Positions 36,512-46,797 of a DNA stretch of 64,000 bases are shown piece by piece (within the stretch, counting starts at the first letter, position 1; each line of letters begins with the position of its first letter). The notes below the pieces were generated by a model that ran no database searches, was not told the DNA's origin, and saw only the letters and a list, made by a program, of their open reading frames with translations. Location of the stretch: positions 96,938 to 160,937 of the IMG/VR virus record IMGVR_UViG_3300042897_000994; one strand, 5' to 3'. The stretch is from a virus. A program made the position numbers and the translations under genes.

Positions 36512-37410
36512 AAGAAAAAATTTATCTCTTCAAAGATGGAAGTTCATCCACTGATGTGTTTGATAATTTGTATCAAAAAATGAACAGGGAATTCAAATGC
36601 TTTAAACTTATAGACGATGATGAAGATATAAGCGATAAGATAAATTCACTTATAGGCGAACGGGTAGTTCTGATAACAACTGATCATTTTTCTACCGGAT
36701 TTACGATTGATAGAATTATTTCAATACTAAATCCTATTAAAAAATACTATAGTCTACATGATTTAGGTATACATACGAGGTCCGAAATTGAAATGCAAGA
36801 TTGGAACTTATTACTACCTACCATGAAATGGGATTATTTTTTTAAGGATCTACCAAACAAAAAAATTCCAATAGGATATCCAAAATATTATAAGTCTGAA
36901 GTCGAGGTTAAATATGAAACTATATTTTTTCCATCTTTGATCTACATTTATAAAGATAGAGACTACAGCAGTTTTTATAAAGATTACAAGTACATTTTTG
37001 ATAATAACATTCCGATTAAATTTCCTGCATATTCAGGTTCGTATGTTCTTATAGAAAAACTTAAAAGGGCTGGAATAAAAATGAATTTATTAGACACTGA
37101 ATCAAGTTCTTTCGATCTTCTTTTCAAATGTAATAATGCTATCACTAATTCAAATTCTTCTATTGCAGTAGAAGCTGTAATAGCAGGAGCTAACTCTATA
37201 AATATAGGCGGTGAATACGAACCCGCAGAATTTTACAAAGAATTTAAAATTAATATGGTTAATCCATATACTGCTGGATCTACAGATGGTGTAAATAACA
37301 TAAATTTTATGCTTGGGGATTATATAATCGATAGTAGAAATTCGCCTATGGAAGAATACGAATTCAAAATAGAAGAGTGTATTCATGAAATAACATCAGA
37401 TGAACTGTAA
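36508..37410 (+). CDS. Putative GT-B/glycerophosphotransferase-like enzyme
   Basis: PIGYPK, IFFPS, ITNSNSSIAVEA. Confidence 0.5.
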   Translation: MKEKIYLFKDGSSSTDVFDNLYQKMNREFKCFKLIDDDEDISDKINSLIGERVVLITTDHFSTGFTIDRIISILNPIKKYYSLHDLGIHTRSEIEMQDWNLLLPTMKWDYFFKDLPNKKIPIGYPKYYKSEVEVKYETIFFPSLIYIYKDRDYSSFYKDYKYIFDNNIPIKFPAYSGSYVLIEKLKRAGIKMNLLDTESSSFDLLFKCNNAITNSNSSIAVEAVIAGANSINIGGEYEPAEFYKEFKINMVNPYTAGSTDGVNNINFMLGDYIIDSRNSPMEEYEFKIEECIHEITSDEL

Positions 37411-37993
37411 GAAATATGTAATTCATCTCGAAGAGAGAAAAGATAGGTACGAACTGATGAAAAAAGATCTATTCGTCCAATATCCAGAATGCAATATCTT
37501 TAATGCTCTGAAGGACCCTGAAGATGGCTGTAGAGCTTTATCTAAAGGATTTAGGAATCTATTTATGGAATCTTTGCGTACCGGAGAGGACATGATATTG
37601 ACTTTCGAGGATGATGTAAAATTTACTTCACCCCAAAGTAGAAAAAGATTCGAAGAAGTTTATCAGACTCTCCCTGACGACTGGGACATATTCTTAGGTG
37701 GGATTTATATCTGGGACAAACCTCAAATTATAAATGATTCTCTAGCTAAATGTAGGGACTTTTCAGGTTTACACATGGCCTTATGGAGAAATACAGCATT
37801 TCAGAAGATGTTAGAACATCAACCAGAGAATGGCATAAAGCCAGCAGACATTGATAGATTTATAAGTAGAACAGATTTAAACGTCTACATCTGCTATCCG
37901 ATGGTAGCTGTTCAATATCAAACTGATTCTAATATTGCTAAAGTCGCCAGAGATCTTGATTCTATTCTAGGCGATAAAAAGCTTTTCTCCTGA
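37400..37993 (+). CDS. GT25-family glycosyltransferase
   Basis: YVIHLEERKDR, LTFEDDV, DWDIFLGG. Confidence 0.8.
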   Translation: MNCKKYVIHLEERKDRYELMKKDLFVQYPECNIFNALKDPEDGCRALSKGFRNLFMESLRTGEDMILTFEDDVKFTSPQSRKRFEEVYQTLPDDWDIFLGGIYIWDKPQIINDSLAKCRDFSGLHMALWRNTAFQKMLEHQPENGIKPADIDRFISRTDLNVYICYPMVAVQYQTDSNIAKVARDLDSILGDKKLFS

Positions 37994-38023
37994 AACTAAA
38001 TCACACGTCTTCATATAATCTAT

Positions 38024-40036
38024 ATGAGTTTTGGAGACGTATACGATGATTCTGAGGATCAGCCAAGAGAAAGGAAGAAGGAAAGAACTAAAACACCAGT
38101 TCTTAATTCCTTCGGGAGAGATTTAACTAAGCTTGCGAAAGAAGGTAAGCTCGACCCCATTATAGGGAGAGAAAGAGAAATAGAAAGAATTACCCAAATT
38201 CTAGGAAGGAGAAAAAAGAACAACCCAGTTCTGATTGGAGAATCAGGTACCGGAAAAACTGCAATCGTTGAGGGTTTGGCAAATAGAATTGTTGAAGGAA
38301 ATGTTCCATTAAGTCTTCAAGAAAAGCAGATCTATATGTTAGATATGACTTCGATGGTGGCTGGCACGAAATATAGAGGTCAGTTTGAAGAACGGATTAA
38401 AGCTGTAGTTGAAGAGCTTTTACAGAATCCGCATATCATTATTTTCTTGGATGAGATTCATACAATGGTAGGAGCGGGAAATTCTTCTGGATCTCTAGAT
38501 GCAGCGAATATTTTAAAACCTGCTCTGGCTAGAGGTGAAATTCAGTGTATCGGAGCAACTACTTTCGATGAATATAGAAAATCAATTGAAAGTGATTCTG
38601 CACTCGAAAGAAGATTTCAAAAGGTAGTAGTAGAAGCTCCATCAGTTTCAGAGACCATTGAAATTATCAAGAATATTAGAAACAAATATGAAGATCATCA
38701 CTTTGTAACATATTCTGATGTAATTATTGAGAAGAGCGTAATTTTAAGCGAAAGATACATCACAGATAGACAATTACCCGATAAAGCTATTGATATTATT
38801 GATGAAGTAGGATCTAGAGTTTATCTAAAGAAGAACAATCTCCCAGCTGAAATTTTGGAAATGGAAACAGATTTAAAAATCGTAGAGTCTAAAAAAATGG
38901 AGAGTGTCCAGAGACAGCAATATGAAAAAGCTGCTCAGCTCAGAGATGAAGTTAAAAATCTAAAGCATGCGATCGAAGATCAAAAAGCAGCATGGAAAGA
39001 CAGGACTCGAAAAAATAAAACCCCAGTAACTGAAAGAGATATCTATGAAGTCATTTCGCATATGACAGGAATTCCGGTAAATGAAATGGGTGAAGATGAA
39101 GCAAGAAGACTACTAGGTCTTACAGAATTTCTGAAATCGCGAGTGATAGGGCAAGATGAAGCAGTAGAAAAAATAGCAGTTACGATTCAAAGAAATAAAA
39201 TAGGCCTGGGTAAGAATAGTCGACCAATTGGAAATTTTATTTTTACTGGAAGTACTGGAGTCGGAAAAACAGAGTTAGCAAAAGCCGTTGCTCGATATAT
39301 GTTTCACGGGGATGATTCGCTGATCAGAGTTGATATGAGTGAATATATGGAAAAGCACTCCATCTCTAAACTTATTGGAGCTCCTCCGGGCTATGTTGGA
39401 TATGATGAAGCTGGAGTGCTTACCGAAAAAGTAAGAAAAAAGCCATACTCAGTAATTCTTTTTGATGAGATTGAAAAAGCACACCCTGATATCTTTAATA
39501 TTCTTCTTCAAGTTCTAGATGAAGGTTTCTTGACAGATAATCATAATAGAAAGATTAACTTTAGAAACACTCTGATCATTATGACTTCAAATCTTGGAGC
39601 TCGAATGGCTTCAGAATCAAAAAATCTTGGCTTCGGATCATCTTCACAACCTGACGATACAAAGAAAAAAGAGATTATGGATAAAGCAATTGAAAAATTC
39701 TTTTCTCCTGAATTTATTAATCGATTAGATGAAGTTATCTATTTCAATACTCTTACAAAAGAAGATATGAGAAAAATTCTTGAAATTCATCTTGTAGATT
39801 TAAAGTCTAGAGTTGAAGAGATTGGATATAAGATTCAACTTACAGATAAAGCAAAAGATCTTATTGTTGAAAGAGGAACAAACGAAAAATTCGGAGCCCG
39901 TATCCTGGGAAGAACTCTACAAAAAATAGTAGAAGATAAGCTCTCAGAAGTTATTCTGAAAGAGAATCCAGAAAAAGGAAAGACTCTTAAAATTGATGAA
40001 AAGAACGAAGAAATCATAGTTACTTTTAAAAAATGA
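38024..40036 (+). CDS. ClpC/ClpA-like AAA+ ATPase lacking the Clp N-domain
   Basis: LDPIIGRE, GESGTGKT, RGQFEER, UVR-like middle (YEKAAQLRD), GSTGVGKT, GAPPGYVGY. Confidence 0.92.
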   Translation: MSFGDVYDDSEDQPRERKKERTKTPVLNSFGRDLTKLAKEGKLDPIIGREREIERITQILGRRKKNNPVLIGESGTGKTAIVEGLANRIVEGNVPLSLQEKQIYMLDMTSMVAGTKYRGQFEERIKAVVEELLQNPHIIIFLDEIHTMVGAGNSSGSLDAANILKPALARGEIQCIGATTFDEYRKSIESDSALERRFQKVVVEAPSVSETIEIIKNIRNKYEDHHFVTYSDVIIEKSVILSERYITDRQLPDKAIDIIDEVGSRVYLKKNNLPAEILEMETDLKIVESKKMESVQRQQYEKAAQLRDEVKNLKHAIEDQKAAWKDRTRKNKTPVTERDIYEVISHMTGIPVNEMGEDEARRLLGLTEFLKSRVIGQDEAVEKIAVTIQRNKIGLGKNSRPIGNFIFTGSTGVGKTELAKAVARYMFHGDDSLIRVDMSEYMEKHSISKLIGAPPGYVGYDEAGVLTEKVRKKPYSVILFDEIEKAHPDIFNILLQVLDEGFLTDNHNRKINFRNTLIIMTSNLGARMASESKNLGFGSSSQPDDTKKKEIMDKAIEKFFSPEFINRLDEVIYFNTLTKEDMRKILEIHLVDLKSRVEEIGYKIQLTDKAKDLIVERGTNEKFGARILGRTLQKIVEDKLSEVILKENPEKGKTLKIDEKNEEIIVTFKK

Positions 40037-40596
40037 TCAACTTGTATTGGAAAATCTACAGATGGTTTAAGTGGGAAGGTAAATATCTTCACCGCGATAT
40101 TGCAAAAGGATTTAAAAATCTTTGGAGATGGTTTCCTATTGTCTGGAAAGACCGTGATTGTGATAATCACTTTATATTTGAACCACTAAAGTTCAAGATT
40201 AAAAACACTGCAGACTATTTCGAAAAAAATCAAAGATTTGTAGGATGGGAAAGAGAAGTATTCTATATGCGAATCTGCGTTAAACTGATTGAACGTATCC
40301 AAGAAGAATACTATCAAGGTGAATATTTCGACTATTATGAATTTGAAAGCAGATTTGAAAAGATTGAAAATAGCGATTTAACAGAATGGAAATCTGAAAC
40401 TACAAGGGATGAATTAGAAATCTTTATTGCAAAATATCCGCACGCTAAAAGAGTTGTGATGAAAGACTTTACTTTAGAAAATTACAGATCTAGCAATCAG
40501 GGTCTAGGGTTAGCGATTGGTATTGTGAGACATAGGAAAGCGAAAAACTTACTGTTTAGAATTTTACATGAAAGAATAGAATACTGGTGGGACTAG
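40033..40596 (+). CDS. Hypothetical phage protein
   Basis: Coupled ORF ending WWD. Confidence 0.65.
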   Translation: MINLYWKIYRWFKWEGKYLHRDIAKGFKNLWRWFPIVWKDRDCDNHFIFEPLKFKIKNTADYFEKNQRFVGWEREVFYMRICVKLIERIQEEYYQGEYFDYYEFESRFEKIENSDLTEWKSETTRDELEIFIAKYPHAKRVVMKDFTLENYRSSNQGLGLAIGIVRHRKAKNLLFRILHERIEYWWD

Positions 40597-40628
40597 TTGT
40601 TGGTGAGATATATAAAATAAATTCCAAA

Positions 40629-41213
40629 ATGAAAAAACTAACATTCATATTACTCGCACTCCTTTTATTTTCAAGTGCAACCCCTCCAAAACTTAGAGAC
40701 AACGTTATTGTAAAGACTAATATGTTTACGATTGTATATTCAGAAGTTCTTGAACAGCCAAAGAAAGTTGAATATACGGTGCAATGTACAGAATCTAAAT
40801 TTTCAAGAGAAGGGTTAGATTTTTTTAATTGTGACAGTATCAAAACATCTGACAATGCAGATTACGCAAATAATGAATATGACAAAGGCCACATGGCACC
40901 TGCTGCAGATTTTGCATGTGATAAAGACAAACTAAAAAATACTTTTACATATCTGAATTGCGCACTCCAACAAGAAAATTTAAACCGTGGTGTTTGGAGA
41001 TTTTTAGAAACCTACGAAAGAACTCTTGCTAAAGCCGGAACTGTAAAAGTGATAATTGATGTTCATTATAGTTCAAATTCAAAAGTATTACCCACAGGCG
41101 CAACAATCCCAGACGGATTTACAAAAACGATTATAACCGGAAATAAAACTGAAAAGTTTTATTTCCCGAATATTAAGCCTACAAAAAAATCTTATACCGA
41201 ATATAAGCTTTAA
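40629..41213 (+). CDS. DNA/RNA non-specific endonuclease (His-Me finger) with signal peptide; start probably ATG 40629
   Basis: YDKGHMAPAAD, N..LQ...LNRG.W..LE; MKKLTFILLALLLFSS. Confidence 0.88.
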   Translation: MKKLTFILLALLLFSSATPPKLRDNVIVKTNMFTIVYSEVLEQPKKVEYTVQCTESKFSREGLDFFNCDSIKTSDNADYANNEYDKGHMAPAADFACDKDKLKNTFTYLNCALQQENLNRGVWRFLETYERTLAKAGTVKVIIDVHYSSNSKVLPTGATIPDGFTKTIITGNKTEKFYFPNIKPTKKSYTEYKL

Positions 41214-41246
41214 GAAAACTTATCTGAGTTTCTAACTATAATATTT

Positions 41247-41468
41247 ATGAACGAGAAACAAAGCGGTGGAGGGCAGACTCTACTTTTTATCGGGGTATTC
41301 GCACTGATTCAACTTTTATTTTTATCTCTATTTATGTTATATTCAGCTCATGAGAAGTCTTTTTCTCTATGGTGGGATATCATCGAGAGCGTGACAGTTC
41401 CTCTCGTTCTTTCTAGTATTATTTCAATTCCATTTTCAGCAGTACTCGTTAAGAAGCTAGAAAAATGA
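41247..41468 (+). CDS. Small membrane protein
   Basis: Two hydrophobic helices; own promoter. Confidence 0.55.
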   Translation: MNEKQSGGGQTLLFIGVFALIQLLFLSLFMLYSAHEKSFSLWWDIIESVTVPLVLSSIISIPFSAVLVKKLEK

Positions 41469-41698
41469 AACCCGAATTAGACGAGTTTCACTATCATGAG
41501 ATGTTAGATCGCATCCACATGATTACTTCTATTATTGACGATCATTTACACCAGCACCCTGTAGGAAAACTTGAACCTAAAGTTAAAGATTTAATAGAAA
41601 TCGCTCAGGAGAATTTATTAGAAGCATATCAGCTAGTCGGAAATATATCATACGAAAAATTTGATGGAATTGATACAAGATCAAAAAAAGAAAAATAG
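41465..41698 (+). CDS. Hypothetical phage protein
   Basis: LDEFHYHEMLDR...HP. Confidence 0.6.
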   Translation: MKPELDEFHYHEMLDRIHMITSIIDDHLHQHPVGKLEPKVKDLIEIAQENLLEAYQLVGNISYEKFDGIDTRSKKEK

Positions 41699-42263
41699 AG
41701 TACTCGTTCTTGGGGAAGATGTTACTCAAGATTCAGTTAGAGAAATCATAAGATCTATCTATGAGCTAAACATGGAAGATGAGCAGGCAGAAGCTCTTTT
41801 TACAGAATATGAAAGACAACCTATTCACTTGATTTTAAATACATACGGAGGAAGTGTGTATGATGGTTTAGGTTTAATTGGAGCTATGGATATTTCTCGT
41901 ACTCCGGTAGTAGTTACTTGTATAGGTTCAGCTATGAGTATGGGTCTTTTAATTTTAGCCTCTGGTGACTTCAGAAGAATACATGCATATTCCACTGCAA
42001 TGTATCATCAGATCAGCTCATTATCTTATGACAAACTGGAAGGTTTGAAAAAAGACATACAAGAAATCGAAAGACTCGAAAAAATATTTGACTCTGTTCT
42101 GCTTAAAAAGACAAAGTTGAAAGATGAAGATTTGTTAAAGCATAAACATTCCAAGAGTGAGTGGTACATTACTCCCAAAGAAGCTCTGAAATATGGAATA
42201 GTTGATGAAATCTTAGGAGAAGTTCCCATATTGAAAAAAACTAGAGCAAAAAAGGCTTCTTAA
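41664..42263 (+). CDS. clpP: ClpP-like protease
   Basis: LNTYGGSV, AMSMG (Ser), MYHQ (His), EALKYGIVDEI. Confidence 0.85.
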   Translation: MELIQDQKKKNRVLVLGEDVTQDSVREIIRSIYELNMEDEQAEALFTEYERQPIHLILNTYGGSVYDGLGLIGAMDISRTPVVVTCIGSAMSMGLLILASGDFRRIHAYSTAMYHQISSLSYDKLEGLKKDIQEIERLEKIFDSVLLKKTKLKDEDLLKHKHSKSEWYITPKEALKYGIVDEILGEVPILKKTRAKKAS

Positions 42264-42298
42264 TTTTTTCTTTTCATTTTTTTTGATTAAAATAGTAC

Positions 42299-42787
42299 AT
42301 GACGATATTTCTACTTATAATTATGTATGCTTCGGTAGGAGGCTTATGCTGGATTCTTTTTAAAATGATCACAAATCTTGCTCAAATTCACAACATCACA
42401 CCCTATCAAGTTTATCACAAATATATTAAGAGACCTGTGTGTAAGGTTCATATTAAAGCTTTGAGAATACAAAGAAATCTTGCAGGATTAGATGATCCGA
42501 ATTATACCCTTCGTTTCCACGCTAAAGAAAAAGTAGATTCTTACAGCAAATATTCCCATAGCGGAAATTTAGAAGATTCAATGATGGGCTCTGAAGATTT
42601 TAGAAGAGACCTTTTGAAAGCTAAACTTATGGAATTAAAAACGAGAGTATCTGACTATTTACCAGAAAGCGGTGGTAGATTAAGACCTGCCGATATCTAT
42701 TGGTTAGAACTATTCAGAAAAGAACTTAGAATGCTAGGATGGACTCCAGAACCTATAGATAAAAGTAAACTTTGGATTAAAAAATAG
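42299..42787 (+). CDS. Hypothetical membrane-anchored protein
   Basis: N-terminal TM. Confidence 0.55.
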   Translation: MTIFLLIIMYASVGGLCWILFKMITNLAQIHNITPYQVYHKYIKRPVCKVHIKALRIQRNLAGLDDPNYTLRFHAKEKVDSYSKYSHSGNLEDSMMGSEDFRRDLLKAKLMELKTRVSDYLPESGGRLRPADIYWLELFRKELRMLGWTPEPIDKSKLWIKK

Positions 42788-42793
42788 ATAAAT

Positions 42794-43537
42794 ATGATTA
42801 ATCTTCAACTCGCACACTCCTTTAAGACTAGTTACCGGACTGCCTATCCTTTCCCTTGTATTATCATTGATAATTTTTTACAAGAAGATACTGCAAATCA
42901 AATTGCACAAGAAATACAAAGATTCGAACACTGGGGATACGATGCGTCGGAGTATTCTGCAAAACACCAAGTTAATAAATTTTTTAGTCCCTGGTGTGAA
43001 GAGAACCTATACGACATACAAGAAGGTGCACCGACAGCTTGGAAAGCTTTAAACTACTTAAATTCTAAAGAAGTTACAACTTTCTTAGAAAATCTAACAG
43101 GAATTGAAAATGTTATACCTGATAATACTTTTGCTGGGGGAGGAATGCATAAAATCAATACTGGAGGTCGCCTTGCGGTTCACGCAGATTACAATATACA
43201 TCCTGTAACTAAACTACACCGTAGAATCAACCTACTTGTATATTTGAATAAAGATTGGGATTTAACATGGGGAGGAAATTTAGAACTTTGGGAAAAAGAC
43301 ATGTCTAAGAACACTCACAGTATTGAACCAGTTTTTAACCGGGCAGTTATTTTTAACATTACGGATGATGCATTTCACGGTCACCCACAACCATTACAGT
43401 GCCCCGAAGAGGTTTCTCGTTACTCTTTAGCTCTGTACTACTTTACAAATACTAGACCTGAGCACGAAATTTCAGAACAGCATGCAGCTCTTTGGCAAGA
43501 CCACATTCATAACACTCAGAACTATACAAAATTTTAA
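42794..43537 (+). CDS. 2OG-Fe(II) oxygenase
   Basis: GGGMH...LAVHAD, YLN..W..WGG.LELW, FHGHP, R.SLALYY. Confidence 0.88.
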   Translation: MINLQLAHSFKTSYRTAYPFPCIIIDNFLQEDTANQIAQEIQRFEHWGYDASEYSAKHQVNKFFSPWCEENLYDIQEGAPTAWKALNYLNSKEVTTFLENLTGIENVIPDNTFAGGGMHKINTGGRLAVHADYNIHPVTKLHRRINLLVYLNKDWDLTWGGNLELWEKDMSKNTHSIEPVFNRAVIFNITDDAFHGHPQPLQCPEEVSRYSLALYYFTNTRPEHEISEQHAALWQDHIHNTQNYTKF

Positions 43538-44836
43538 ATGAATAACTTAGATAAACAATATCAAGCACTCCTTCAAGACATTCTTGATAGCGGAATTAAA
43601 AAATCAGATCGTACCGGAACAGGTACGATTTCTGTTTTCGGTAGACAGATAAGACATAAGATGTCTGAAGGCTTCCCGTTATTAACAACCAAAAAGATGG
43701 CTTGGAAGACGATGGTGACTGAGTTACTCTGGTTTCTTCGTGGAGATACAAACATCAAATTTCTTGTTGATAACGATTGTCATATTTGGGATGGAGATTG
43801 TTATAAAGCGTATATTAAAAGATATAATAAAGGTGAATATGTTGGTAAAACCAAATTATTAGAAAATTCTAAGAAAAATAGAACATTGACTGAACCATTC
43901 ACACAAGAAGAATTCATCAACAAAATTAAAACAGATGATGAATTTGCTAAGAAGTGGGGTGAGTTAGGTCCGGTATATGGTAAGCAGTGGAGAAAATGGA
44001 GAGGAGAAGATGGATATGATTGGAATACAAAAGTTAGTGAAACCCAAATAGACCAAATCCAAAACCTAATCCAAGACCTTAAAACAAATCCAGACTCAAG
44101 GAGACTAATGGTTTCTGCTTGGAATGTAGGTGAATTAGACCAAATGGTTCTTCCACCTTGTCATTATGGATTTCAAGTTTATACAAGAGAGTTGAGTTTG
44201 GAAGAACGTAGAGCCTTGGTTTTAAAAGATACACAATATACTCTGCCTCCATCAACAAATTGGACAGAAGATGAAATAAAAGAAGGTAAACGACAATTAG
44301 AGGAAGCAAATATCCCAACCAGAGCAATCTCTTTAATGTGGAATCAACGTTCAGTAGATACATTCTTAGGATTACCATTCAACATTGCTTCTTATGGTTT
44401 ATTACTTGAAATTATTGCCAAAGTAGTAAATATGGTTCCTGATGAATTGATTGGTAATCTCGGAGACGTACACCTATATTCAAACCATGTTGAGCAGGCT
44501 AAAGAGCAAATTCGTAGAGAGATGACATGGGAAGAACAAGTTCAATGGGTTATAAAGAACACCGACGTAGAGATGGAGAATCTTTATATAGTAGAAGAAA
44601 TTGCTAAAGATAGTACGCCTAAATATACAAGAGAACCTTTTCCATTACCAACACTGAACATTAATACTGAGTTCTGGCCTTATGAAGGCGGAGAATGCGG
44701 AGAAGGCCCATTGGATGCTATTGCAGTATTTAATGGATTTCGGGATAGTAACTTTTGTAAATGTTTATTAGAAGCCGATATTCAACTCGCAAACTACCAA
44801 TCCCACCCGGCAATCAAAGCACCTTTATCAAATTAA
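43538..44836 (+). CDS. thyA: Thymidylate synthase with insertions
   Basis: DRTGTGT, FPLLTTK, ELLWF, LPPCH, QRSVDTFLGLPFNIASY (Asn, dUMP-specific), HLYSNH. Confidence 0.95.
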   Translation: MNNLDKQYQALLQDILDSGIKKSDRTGTGTISVFGRQIRHKMSEGFPLLTTKKMAWKTMVTELLWFLRGDTNIKFLVDNDCHIWDGDCYKAYIKRYNKGEYVGKTKLLENSKKNRTLTEPFTQEEFINKIKTDDEFAKKWGELGPVYGKQWRKWRGEDGYDWNTKVSETQIDQIQNLIQDLKTNPDSRRLMVSAWNVGELDQMVLPPCHYGFQVYTRELSLEERRALVLKDTQYTLPPSTNWTEDEIKEGKRQLEEANIPTRAISLMWNQRSVDTFLGLPFNIASYGLLLEIIAKVVNMVPDELIGNLGDVHLYSNHVEQAKEQIRREMTWEEQVQWVIKNTDVEMENLYIVEEIAKDSTPKYTREPFPLPTLNINTEFWPYEGGECGEGPLDAIAVFNGFRDSNFCKCLLEADIQLANYQSHPAIKAPLSN

Positions 44837-44839
44837 ATT

Positions 44840-45664
44840 ATGAATAAACTCATTGGGATATTTAAGCAATACAAAACCCAATTAACATGGATATACTTGT
44901 TTATGTTACTTACAGAACTTTCCATTTTATCAACACCTTTCTTATTGGGGAAGAGTATAGATGGATTGATTGCTGGTAATTGGTATTGGATTGTGCTTTT
45001 AGGTATTTCATATTTTTTATCGAACTTCTTCAATTACAAGCGAATGGTTTATGACACAAAAGTCTACACCACCATTTATAATGACATAGCGTTAAAATTT
45101 CTTAAAAAGGATGACGTTGATGTCTCAACTAAGATAGCCAGAACAGGTATGGCGCATGAAATTGTTAATGTCTTAGAAGGTTATGTGCATTATTATATCG
45201 CAACAATTGTAACTATAATTGGCTCCTTTATTTTTATCTTTTCCGAGAATTGGCAAGTTGGTGTGCTCGTTAGCGTCTCAATTATTTTTATCGTAAGTTC
45301 AGTATTTATACTTTATAAAAAAATAAAGCAAGGGATTGTTATAGCAAATAATCACTACGAAACTCAAGCAAAATCAATTGAATGTGGATATGCAAGTTCC
45401 GAATCTTTCTTTAACAGGAGAAGAAAGATTGAAATCTGCCAATCAACAATCCAGGGTAAAAATTGGTTTCTTATAAACGGCATCAAGTATGTCTTTTTAA
45501 TTTTATCGATTATACTTCTAATAACCACAACAAAAGACATCACAATAGGTAGTGTGATAACTGTATACTCATATGTAAACAACTTTCTAATCGCACTACT
45601 ATCAGCACCAGTTGCGATTGAAATGTTTTTACGCATCAGCGATGTATTAAAAAGATTAGACTAA
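44840..45664 (+). CDS. Stand-alone ABC transporter-like transmembrane domain protein
   Basis: Six hydrophobic helices; PFLLGKSIDGL, R..YDT.VYT.IY. Confidence 0.65.
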   Translation: MNKLIGIFKQYKTQLTWIYLFMLLTELSILSTPFLLGKSIDGLIAGNWYWIVLLGISYFLSNFFNYKRMVYDTKVYTTIYNDIALKFLKKDDVDVSTKIARTGMAHEIVNVLEGYVHYYIATIVTIIGSFIFIFSENWQVGVLVSVSIIFIVSSVFILYKKIKQGIVIANNHYETQAKSIECGYASSESFFNRRRKIEICQSTIQGKNWFLINGIKYVFLILSIILLITTTKDITIGSVITVYSYVNNFLIALLSAPVAIEMFLRISDVLKRLD

Positions 45665-45755
45665 CAATATCCACCACCCAGATCGAGAGACAGCAGAAAA
45701 GTACCTTCTAGATAACTACACAGGAGATGGGGAATGCTGGGTGGTAGGAAACTAA
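45663..45755 (+). pseudogene. Start-less 3' gene remnant
   Basis: NNIHHPDRETAEKYLLDNYTGDGECWVVGN* with an upstream in-frame TAG and no start codon. Confidence 0.4.
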
Positions 45756-45811
45756 TACAGATACACACACTACACTTATTAAACATTTCTTATATTTTCC
45801 ATAAAATAGAT

Positions 45812-46021
45812 ATGGAATCTTCATATTTTGAAATTTGGCTTGAAGTCAAATCAAAACAGTTTATAAATTCTACCATCTTTTCTACAGATTCTTCTCTTGA
45901 AGAAGACATTATGCTGTTTCTAGATGCTGATCCCGGGCTTACTGAAATATTCTCCAGAGAGTTAAAATTCTCTAATGTTTTTGAAGAATTAAAGAAAAAG
46001 ATTACAGAAAAGATCTCGTGA
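45812..46021 (+). CDS. Hypothetical protein; start reassigned to ATG 45812
   Basis: AAAC-N17-TAAAAT-N4-ATG places the start. Confidence 0.6.
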   Translation: MESSYFEIWLEVKSKQFINSTIFSTDSSLEEDIMLFLDADPGLTEIFSRELKFSNVFEELKKKITEKIS

Positions 46022-46797
46022 AAAAGCGTATTTTAGTGATCGGTGATTCATGCACCGATGAATTTGTGTATGGAGAGTGTAAAAGACTAAATCCCGAAGC
46101 TCCTACTCCAGTTTTTACTCCTACTCACACTTCCTCTAATAGAGGAATGGCTGGAAATGTGGTAGAAAATCTCGAAAGTCTGGGAGTTTTTAGTGTAGAT
46201 TTTATCTCAAATAAAAATCAAATCACGAAGACTCGGTACGTTGAAAAAAATTCAAACTATATTCTTTTGCGTGTTGATCAGAATGATAGAGCAGAAGAAG
46301 TTTCGATGAATGATTTGAGCAATGCAGAAATCGAAAAATATGATGCTGTGATAGTATCTGATTATAACAAAGGATTCTTGCACGAAGAAGCAATAGATTA
46401 TATTCTCAGAATGGCTAAATGCAGTTTTATTGACACAAAGAAACCGTTTGGTGAATGGATTAAGTTCGCATCTTGGGTTAAAGTTAATAAATCTGAATCT
46501 CTAAATTCTGCCCATAATATAGATATTCTAAAAGAAATTAAAAATAGAATGATTGTTACGCTGGGATCTGAGGGGGCTTCTTGGAATGACAGAATCTTTC
46601 CTACTAAACCTGCTGAAGTTAGAGATGTAGCAGGAGCCGGAGATACCTTTATTTCTGCCCTGGTTGCGGCTTATACAAAAACAGTTGACATCAAGAAGTC
46701 TATTAAATTTGCAAATGATTGCGCTTCTAGAGTTGTTAGAAAGCGAGGAGTTACTGATATGTCAGAGATGATAAACTACTACGTTCAACTTAAATGA
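46018..46797 (+). CDS. RfaE/HldA-like heptose-7-phosphate kinase (PfkB family)
   Basis: ILVIGD..TD, RLNPEAP.PV, GMAGNV, KTR, LLRVD, SDYNKG, DVAGAGDTF. Confidence 0.85.
   Translation: MKKRILVIGDSCTDEFVYGECKRLNPEAPTPVFTPTHTSSNRGMAGNVVENLESLGVFSVDFISNKNQITKTRYVEKNSNYILLRVDQNDRAEEVSMNDLSNAEIEKYDAVIVSDYNKGFLHEEAIDYILRMAKCSFIDTKKPFGEWIKFASWVKVNKSESLNSAHNIDILKEIKNRMIVTLGSEGASWNDRIFPTKPAEVRDVAGAGDTFISALVAAYTKTVDIKKSIKFANDCASRVVRKRGVTDMSEMINYYVQLK

Noticed and set aside
43538-44836. Intein or intron in the long ThyA
   Set aside because: Extra length comes from several short in-frame insertions; no intein termini or homing endonuclease motifs seen
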